NCBI GenBank assembly: GCA_038824035.1
Contig: JAWBBW010000001.1
Span: 1 to 64,000 of the forward strand
Direction: 5' to 3'
Length of the DNA: 64,000 nt
DNA from: Desulfurococcaceae archaeon
GTDB lineage: Archaea > Thermoproteota > Thermoprotei_A > Sulfolobales > Desulfurococcaceae
Position numbers and translations under genes: made by a program. A model generated the notes under the pieces. It was not told the DNA's origin and made no database searches. It saw only the letters and a program-made list of their open reading frames with translations. Shown in pieces: positions 1 to 6,646 of this stretch. How positions within the stretch are numbered: the first letter of the stretch is position 1; each line of letters opens with the position of its first letter.

Positions 1-63
1 AAGAAAGACTTAGAGAGAGGTTTCATACCAGATAAAATAAGGTATTTAGGGGTGAGGGAGTGA
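1..63 (+). CDS. porA: 3' end of 2-oxoacid:ferredoxin oxidoreductase alpha subunit (partial)
   Basis: Frame 1 reads KKDLERGFIPDKIRYLGVRE-stop; the YLGVRE C-terminus is typical of PorA; the TGA overlaps the porB ATG (TGATG). Confidence 0.7.
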   Translation, partial: KKDLERGFIPDKIRYLGVRE

Positions 64-1121
64 TGGTTGTCAAGACAATCCCTGAAATACCCGTCAAGAA
101 AGGTGAACCGGCCTATAAAATATGGATCTTTGAGCCGAATTGGAAAGGCGAGATACCATTGAATTTTAACTTGAGGCAATTAGCCGAGCAAAAAAGGCCA
201 GCTTTGCTACCAGGTCACAGAATGTGTGCTGGTTGTACAGCGCCATTGGTCGTCAAGTTGGCTAGTTTCGCTTTCAGAGGCCCAACAATAGTTGTGAGCC
301 CCACTGGATGTCTAGAAGTGTCGACATCGATATATCCATATACGAGCTGGGCCGTTCCATGGATGCACAACGCTTTTGAAAACGCCGCGGCGACTGCAAG
401 CGGTATTGAGGCGGCGATCAAGGCCTTGAAGAAAACGGGGAGATTGCCATATGATCATGTTGATGTAGTCGTGTTCGGAGGGGATGGCGGTACATATGAT
501 ATAGGTTTCCAGGCATTAAGTGGTATGGCTGAGAGAAACCACGATGTGCTCTACATATTGTATGATAACGAAGCATACATGAACACGGGTATACAGAGAT
601 CTGGTGGGACACCTAGATTTGCCTGGACCACGACAACCCCCATAGGTACTGTTATACCTGGTAAACCAGAGTGGAAGAAACCGATAGCAGAGATCATGGT
701 GGCTCATAGAATACCATACGTGGCGACGGCTACACCAGCGCACTGGATGGATTTCATGAAGAAAGTGCGTAGAGGGATAGAGGTGAATGGGACAGCGTTC
801 ATACATGCGCTTAGTAGCTGTGACAGGGGTTGGAGACATGAAACGGACATATCGATTGAAGTGTTGAGGAAAGCTGTAGATACGTGTTATTTCCCACTAT
901 GGGAGTGGACTCCTGAACAAGGATACATGTTAACTGATAGAAGCCTTGTCATAGCGAGAAACCCACAGCTCAAACAACCCATAGAGAAATTCCTCGAAAT
1001 ACAGGGTAGATTCAGGCATTTGCTGAGGCCCGAGAACAAGGAGCTGGTTAAACATATACAGGAATATGTAGACAAAATGTGGGAAGACTTGTTGAAAAGG
1101 GCTAGTAATGCTCCGCGGTGA
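63..1121 (+). CDS. porB: Pyruvate/2-ketoisovalerate:ferredoxin oxidoreductase beta subunit
   Basis: GHRMCAGC, TGCLEV, TPP-binding GDGG...YDNEAYMNTGIQRS; the ATG at 63 is coupled to the upstream stop. Confidence 0.93.
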   Translation: MVVKTIPEIPVKKGEPAYKIWIFEPNWKGEIPLNFNLRQLAEQKRPALLPGHRMCAGCTAPLVVKLASFAFRGPTIVVSPTGCLEVSTSIYPYTSWAVPWMHNAFENAAATASGIEAAIKALKKTGRLPYDHVDVVVFGGDGGTYDIGFQALSGMAERNHDVLYILYDNEAYMNTGIQRSGGTPRFAWTTTTPIGTVIPGKPEWKKPIAEIMVAHRIPYVATATPAHWMDFMKKVRRGIEVNGTAFIHALSSCDRGWRHETDISIEVLRKAVDTCYFPLWEWTPEQGYMLTDRSLVIARNPQLKQPIEKFLEIQGRFRHLLRPENKELVKHIQEYVDKMWEDLLKRASNAPR

Positions 1122-1599
1122 TTTAATCAATCAGTTTTTTAAAAAGCACGTGTTTTCTAGGAAACACCTCTTCATAGGCATTGGTTCTCACCTTAGGAGT
1201 GATGATCAAGCTGGGTTAGTGCTTTGTGATAAATTGATCGAGAAAGGCATGGATTGCTTAAAATGTGAAGCTGGATTGGAGATGTGTATTCATGAAGTGT
1301 ATTCGAGGAGGCCAGAGGTCTTGGTAATATTTGATGCGGTGATCTACCCAGGTTGTAGCCCCGGGGAAGTCGTTATAGCCGATGAAAAAGCCATTAAAAA
1401 AGAGACTAGTATTGTAACTACACATTCCATTTCATTTGAAACTATCATGCAGTTTTTGAGATCCACGGGTGGTGTTGAAGAGATATATGTCGTTGGCATA
1501 TGTCCAGAGAGAATTGACCTGGGACTAGAGATCTCCGAGAAAGTCGCTCATTCCATTGAAAAGCTGGCAGGGATCATCAATTCACAATGTTATATGTGA
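1108..1599 (+). CDS. Hydrogenase maturation protease (HycI/HybD family)
   Basis: FIGIGSHLRSDDQAG, IFDAV...PGEV, TTHSI motifs. Confidence 0.85.
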   Translation: MLRGDLINQFFKKHVFSRKHLFIGIGSHLRSDDQAGLVLCDKLIEKGMDCLKCEAGLEMCIHEVYSRRPEVLVIFDAVIYPGCSPGEVVIADEKAIKKETSIVTTHSISFETIMQFLRSTGGVEEIYVVGICPERIDLGLEISEKVAHSIEKLAGIINSQCYM

Positions 1600-2680
1600 G
1601 TACGAATGGTAATAACGGCATCAGGCCCAGTGCCTTGAATAGTAACTTATAGTGATGGTCGTAATCACTTATAGTTAAGAAACCAAGTTTATTAATAACG
1701 TGGGCAATGTCCATGGGTAATTGATATAAATTGTTTTTACGTACTAGATCGACCAATGAGCGCTCCACTAATAACTTGCCATATATGTTCTTTTTGTATA
1801 TTTTAACGTATTTTGCGAGATCCATGTTTTCTAAGCATTTCGCTAACAGTGGCGATAGATTAAATATATGGAAAAGACCTCCCCCTGTGTATGGTTTAAC
1901 CAAGGGGACAGAGTCACCGTGGAAAACTATCTTTGAATAAACCACGGGTTCTCTCAGGGGGCGGTGAATAGGTATCAGCCCTCCGAATATACTCCCCAGA
2001 CTAGTGATCCTTATGCCGGCCTTCCTAGAGATCTTGTGAAACAAAGTCCCGGGACTAGTGACTGAGCCTGATGTGATACAGCCAATTATAGCTTTATCGA
2101 TATCCAATGGTACAATCCAGCTGAAAAAACCAGTAATATCCTTTGAATATATAACAAATATTGATTCATCATCTAGATTTTCAACCCTAGCCATAACCTG
2201 GATTCCAATGAGGTAGCCAGGGGTTGTTTTCGAAAACACTTTTCTAAACAAGCTTGAAGCACCATCAGATGCGACAATGACCTCGGGTTTCATCACCTTG
2301 TCCAGCATCTTTACACTGAAACCGTGATAAGGCTTCGCCCTAACACCTGTTTCCAACTTATGTCCCCGGGATTCAGCTATGCTTGCCAGAGTTTCCTCTA
2401 GAAGAGGCCTGTTTATATGGAAAACAGCCTTTTCCTTGAAATCGATAACCTTCCTGGACATTTCACTTATGAATGTTATTCTGCTATACGATTTATCTAT
2501 GACGTGGTTTGAATACCTGGATATAATGGTCTTAGTTAAGTAACCCACTAAACCGGTGCAATGTAAGGGCAACCCAATTCTCCGATGTTCCTCAATTATC
2601 AGTACATCTAGGCCCTTGATCTCAGCTGCCAGTGATAAACCGGCTGGCCCAGCACCTATTATTATCACATCGTGTTTCAT
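1577..2680 (-). CDS. Geranylgeranyl reductase-family FAD-dependent oxidoreductase
   Basis: DVIIIGAGPAG Rossmann motif, PLHCTG, ASDG, FSWIVP, GD..VKPYTGGG. Confidence 0.85.
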   Translation of the reverse strand: MKHDVIIIGAGPAGLSLAAEIKGLDVLIIEEHRRIGLPLHCTGLVGYLTKTIISRYSNHVIDKSYSRITFISEMSRKVIDFKEKAVFHINRPLLEETLASIAESRGHKLETGVRAKPYHGFSVKMLDKVMKPEVIVASDGASSLFRKVFSKTTPGYLIGIQVMARVENLDDESIFVIYSKDITGFFSWIVPLDIDKAIIGCITSGSVTSPGTLFHKISRKAGIRITSLGSIFGGLIPIHRPLREPVVYSKIVFHGDSVPLVKPYTGGGLFHIFNLSPLLAKCLENMDLAKYVKIYKKNIYGKLLVERSLVDLVRKNNLYQLPMDIAHVINKLGFLTISDYDHHYKLLFKALGLMPLLPFVLTYNIVN

Positions 2681-2807
2681 TGCAAATCACTACAGGGATG
2701 GATACAGCACATCGTTTTCATTAATAGGTCATCGACAACTATTTAATTATTAATAAAATTCTGGGAAAAACATGTTGATTTATTCCACTAGATAAACGAA
2801 TTTCATT

Positions 2808-3161
2808 TTATTCCTCGTAATCTCTACTAGCTATTTTCACAGTGAAGGAACTGGCTTTTAATTCTTTCACGATGTAGTGATACGCCTTCATGGGGTCTCC
2901 TTTGGACCCACATGTATATACATCTACTGTTGCAAAACTGTACTCGGGCCAAGTATGCACACTGATATGGCTTTCAAGTATCACTGCTATGACACTGACT
3001 CCGGGCGATATTCTCCAAGCCTTTACATCTAGTAATGTAAACCCGCCTATTTCCACCGCTTTTCTCACTATTTCGACAAGGCGTGCTTCATCCATCAATA
3101 TCGAGGGATCACATCCATATAGCTCCCCATATACATGTCTACCCACAACTTTCTTGCTCAT
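2808..3161 (-). CDS. speH: S-adenosylmethionine decarboxylase proenzyme (pyruvoyl-dependent)
   Basis: ILE/SHISVHTWPEY cleavage site and DVYTCG; resembles the crenarchaeal SAMDC paralog more than the ArgDC paralog; ATG 3161 follows a GGGGTG RBS. Confidence 0.85.
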   Translation of the reverse strand: MSKKVVGRHVYGELYGCDPSILMDEARLVEIVRKAVEIGGFTLLDVKAWRISPGVSVIAVILESHISVHTWPEYSFATVDVYTCGSKGDPMKAYHYIVKELKASSFTVKIASRDYEE

Positions 3162-3240
3162 TGCAATAAGCACCCCTTGTTTTCACTATAAAAATACCCC
3201 CTTGGAATCTTATAAATTTTCCCCCTTCCCCAAGCCATTC

Positions 3241-3292
3241 ATAGCGATGACACTTATATTGCGAGGACCTGGTGAAAGAAGCCCTATGAGGG
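3241..3292 (+). ncRNA. Possible degenerate box C/D sRNA
   Basis: CGATGA(3245-50), 10 nt, GCGA, 5 nt, TGGTGA, 10 nt, ATGA(3286-89); TTATAAA about 27 nt upstream; all four boxes are non-consensus. Confidence 0.35.
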
Positions 3293-3318
3293 GGTTTAAA
3301 AAAGAACTATGCGAATAC

Positions 3319-4023
3319 CTATTCCTCCAGTTCCAGTGGTTTCTCCATGGGGGCCGCTTTTATCCTCTCTCTTATAGCATTTATGACCTTGAGCGCCTCG
3401 TTGTATTCTACGTGAATCCCCTTTTCCATTAATTTCCCCAATTCCTCTGATAACGCGTTTTCAAGTGTTTTGTCAACTAAAACAAGCTTTGTTTTCTCGA
3501 ATATAGCTGGGGTTGGGTCTAATACAGCGGCTTTTTTCAACACGGCCATGGCCTCATCTACTGGTAGGACGATGGCTATTCCCGCTTCTCTTTCATCCAT
3601 TTTAACGGAATATACTACATCGCCGTCAAATGTCTCTCCTAATCTCTCAACCGTGTATTTCACAGCCCCCATCGACAACTCAGGGGCCTTTACCACGAAG
3701 GCCGCTATAACCTCGTTCACTTTCTCGCTTGGCAACCTCTTGAACGCGTCTACTCTTAGTGTATCCCATTTCCAATTTATCGACCTGTTTGCCTCATCTA
3801 TATCGTACTCGATAACTATTCTAACAACATCTAACTTATCTAATTTCAAGCCCTCCGTTAGAAGTGTGAATAAAGCCCTGTTCAACATGCCAGCGAAAAA
3901 CGCTATTCTCCTACCCCATTCCTTATCTTTTTTAACATATTCCCTTAACTGTGCATATAAAGTCCTCCTCACCTTGTCGGCATATCCAGCCGCGAATATC
4001 AGCCCCGTACTTAATCTGGGCAT
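3319..4023 (-). CDS. DUF2258 / ThermoDBP-related single-stranded nucleic-acid binding protein, paralog 1
   Basis: LSTGLIFAAGYADKVRRTLYAQL...LNRALF...KLDVVRI..EY...INWKWDTL signature. Confidence 0.85.
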   Translation of the reverse strand: MPRLSTGLIFAAGYADKVRRTLYAQLREYVKKDKEWGRRIAFFAGMLNRALFTLLTEGLKLDKLDVVRIVIEYDIDEANRSINWKWDTLRVDAFKRLPSEKVNEVIAAFVVKAPELSMGAVKYTVERLGETFDGDVVYSVKMDEREAGIAIVLPVDEAMAVLKKAAVLDPTPAIFEKTKLVLVDKTLENALSEELGKLMEKGIHVEYNEALKVINAIRERIKAAPMEKPLELEE

Positions 4024-4141
4024 ATAAATCCCAAGTTCTAGATATCGTTAGCACTAATATAAATACCTAGTCCACGAGTATCCCACAGGGAAAATTTAGT
4101 ATTAAAACGTCTTTTCCACCATACTAGTACAGGGTGGTTGA

Positions 4142-4381
4142 TTGACACAGGAAATAGTTGATTTAACAAATGAAGGCCCGGGATGTAGTGATAATCCTGT
4201 TTCAAGGCTCATTAAAATCCTCAGAGAGGGTTCCACACAGGTTTTAATTAAGATAAGAAAGACTGATATTCCATTTTCCTTTGCCAAAATATTCGCCAAG
4301 AGATATGGGTACGAGGTATCCTTGATCAGCGAGAACGAAGACGAATACCTGCTTGAGTTTCAAAAACAACGAAACCAGTAG
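4142..4381 (+). CDS. Small TusA/SirA-like protein
   Basis: 79 aa, TTG start after a GGTGG RBS; VDL....GC...P N-terminus and GYEV...Y.L.F.K C-terminus resemble the TusA fold, but the CPxP motif is divergent. Confidence 0.5.
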   Translation: MTQEIVDLTNEGPGCSDNPVSRLIKILREGSTQVLIKIRKTDIPFSFAKIFAKRYGYEVSLISENEDEYLLEFQKQRNQ

Positions 4382-4564
4382 ATATTCCGTATATACCGTT
4401 TCAGCTCACATTATGATAAAAGGGTTCACGCAGGGCCCATGAAGTGGCCTATAACAATTAACAATATCAATATTGCTAACACTGATCTCTCGGCACGACT
4501 CCTAGAGCAAGTAAGCTAACACTATTTAATCACGACGACATATCTAGATAACAGGTGTTTTTAA

Positions 4565-4891
4565 TTGGGTATTGATGACCTGAATAATATCGAGAAAGCC
4601 GTGGAAATGCTTAAGAAATATAATGAACTAAGCTCAGATGAAATGAATGATCTATATGATATACTGGACACGCTTTTCAACGAGATTAGATCTAAATATC
4701 TTGACACTTTATGGAATCCCGGCGAAAACATTGAATTATTCAATCAATTACTAGATCTAGCCATAACCTTATTAGGAAAACGTGAGAGGAGTTTACAGGA
4801 AGATCTCGTTCTGATAGCACTATTAGATCTATTTGCGACAGATCTACACGACAAGATATTCGGGTTTGTCGAGGAAACAGAGGGAACATGA
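4565..4891 (+). CDS. Hypothetical acidic alpha-helical protein
   Basis: 108-aa ORF with an AGGTG RBS; fills the intergenic space; no recognised motif. Confidence 0.65.
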   Translation: MGIDDLNNIEKAVEMLKKYNELSSDEMNDLYDILDTLFNEIRSKYLDTLWNPGENIELFNQLLDLAITLLGKRERSLQEDLVLIALLDLFATDLHDKIFGFVEETEGT

Positions 4892-4978
4892 TGAAATCAA
4901 TCCCATGGTTAGTATTTCGAATCAAAACATTTTTATTCTAAAAACACACCAATATTTAGTTAAGCCAGGTGTTATTTC

Positions 4979-6043
4979 ATGTTATCGAAACACCCATTTG
5001 AAATACCGAGTAAGAAACTGAGTAGAGAAGAGGTCGTGGAAGCTCTCAGGCTCTCCATAATCGCGGAATTGGATGCAATTAACCTATACCTGCAATTGGC
5101 CAGATCTATTGAAGACGAGAAAATAAGAAAGGTCTTCGAAGACATAGCACGCGAGGAAAAAACCCATGTAGGGGAATTCCTAGCGGTTTTAAAAATGCTT
5201 GATAAAGAGCAAGTGGAGGAGCTTGAGAAAGGGTCTAAGGAAGTAGCCGAGTTGATGGGCGTTAAATCAGTAAATAGCAGCGATCTCGGCGACAAGTCAA
5301 ATAATGAAGTAGAAATGAACGATGTCTTTAAATCGATCAATAGGAAGGTATTGGAGAATGTGGAAAAGACAAGGATTTTCAGGAAATATATTCCATATGT
5401 CAAGAAAGGCCGTGGTGTTGAGTCAACTGTAGTGGAGAGAGTGAGTGAGAAAGGCATAGAGAGGTCCATATTACCGCTGTGTGAGCTTTCAGTTAAGTTT
5501 AAGGTGACTCAGAGATCCATTGATCAATTCATTAGAGAGCGAGGTGAAATAGACTCGCCCGATCTACTCAGGGCAAGTCTCGAGCTGGCTACCATGGAGG
5601 ATAAGGCAATACTCGAGGCCATTATCAATTCACCGGATATATTGAAGTTATCACTATCTAATTGGGAAGAGCCCGGCAAATCCGTCCTAGACATTGCTAA
5701 GGCGGTGGCAGAGTTGGTTAAAAACGGGTTCAGCCATCCATATGTCTTATTCTTAGATCCATCGAGATATGTGATGCTTCTAACGGTGCATGAGAGGACG
5801 GGTATTACCGATCTCGAAAGAATTAAGGCGCTTGTAGATCATATCGTTGTAACGGGTGTCATGCAGCGTGATCAAGTGTTAGTATTGTCAGCTACACCTG
5901 ATGTAGTGGACATAGTGTATGGGCCTGACACGGAATTGGAATACATGGGGCCCGAGGACGGCTTACACGTTTACAGGGTATATACTTCACTGGGAGTGCG
6001 GATTAAACAGGGTAAAGGAATAGTCCTGTTAAAAGAGGGATAG
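4979..6043 (+). CDS. Family 1 encapsulin shell protein with N-terminal fused ferritin-like protein (Flp) domain
   Basis: Residues 1-95: ALRLSIIAELDAINLY...IAREEKTHVGEF...LDKEQ..L..G..EV (Flp); short Ser/Asn linker; then a linocin-M18/HK97-like shell (LSVKFKV, ED.AIL, PYVLFL.P.RY, DIVYG.D..LEYMG, YRVY.SLGVRIK). Confidence 0.9.
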   Translation: MLSKHPFEIPSKKLSREEVVEALRLSIIAELDAINLYLQLARSIEDEKIRKVFEDIAREEKTHVGEFLAVLKMLDKEQVEELEKGSKEVAELMGVKSVNSSDLGDKSNNEVEMNDVFKSINRKVLENVEKTRIFRKYIPYVKKGRGVESTVVERVSEKGIERSILPLCELSVKFKVTQRSIDQFIRERGEIDSPDLLRASLELATMEDKAILEAIINSPDILKLSLSNWEEPGKSVLDIAKAVAELVKNGFSHPYVLFLDPSRYVMLLTVHERTGITDLERIKALVDHIVVTGVMQRDQVLVLSATPDVVDIVYGPDTELEYMGPEDGLHVYRVYTSLGVRIKQGKGIVLLKEG

Positions 6044-6048
6044 AGAAT

Positions 6049-6522
6049 ATGTCCACGAACATCATCGATGAGTTGGCTAGTTACTCCAAGGCCGAGAAAA
6101 ATTACTCAGAGGAGCTCATGAAACTGGCTAATGAGATCAGACATCCAGTCTTGAAAACCCTTTTCGAATCCATAGCCAAGGACTCTGATAAACACAGCAT
6201 GATCTATGCTTCAATATGTGAATTACTCACCACTACACAGCCGTTTATAACTGAAAACGAGTACAGGGCCATTGCTAATGTGATTGATAGACATATAAAA
6301 ATGGAGGAGGAAATGTTAAAGGCCGCAAACAGGATATTCAGCTCAGTCGATGATCCACGTGTGAAACTACTCATAGCCGCTATAAGAGAGGATGAGGCGA
6401 AGCACCACGCACTGTTGATCGCTATAAAGAACAATATAGCGAGAAAAGAAGTCCTGAGAGAAGAGGATTTCTGGGACTTGGTATGGCGTGAAAGCCCATG
6501 GCATGGTGCTCCTGGCGGTTAA
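6049..6522 (+). CDS. Ferritin-like / rubrerythrin-type four-helix di-iron protein
   Basis: Duplicated E...IAKDSDKH / E...IREDEAKH pattern; C-terminus WRESPWHGAPGG; starts 5 bp after the encapsulin gene. Confidence 0.8.
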   Translation: MSTNIIDELASYSKAEKNYSEELMKLANEIRHPVLKTLFESIAKDSDKHSMIYASICELLTTTQPFITENEYRAIANVIDRHIKMEEEMLKAANRIFSSVDDPRVKLLIAAIREDEAKHHALLIAIKNNIARKEVLREEDFWDLVWRESPWHGAPGG

Positions 6523-6646
6523 TGCACATATCCATGATTAATCTCGCTTAGAAATGGTTTTTCAACCACACATCCTTTTCTAGTGGGAAATGGGTAAAGA
6601 TTTATTTACATAGATTTTAATAGAGATAAAGCCGGGTGATGGTTTT

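Noticed and set aside
2685-2740. Minus-strand CGATGA...ATGA..CGATGT...GTGA resembling a C/D RNA upstream of the GGR gene
   Set aside because: The first spacer is only about 7 nt and there is no CUGA box; too degenerate
3330-3353. GTTCCAGTGG...GGGGG resembling an ORB origin box
   Set aside because: Single copy inside a CDS, lacks the GAAA core, and there is no cdc6 or AT-rich unwinding element nearby
2890-4027. Long plus-strand ORFs 2890-3432 and 3470-4027, and the many similar antisense ORFs in the track
   Set aside because: Shadows of well-supported opposite-strand genes; Ser/Ile-rich with no motifs
4410-4510. Mildly GC-rich intergenic stretch as an sRNA
   Set aside because: No convincing box set or stable stem found
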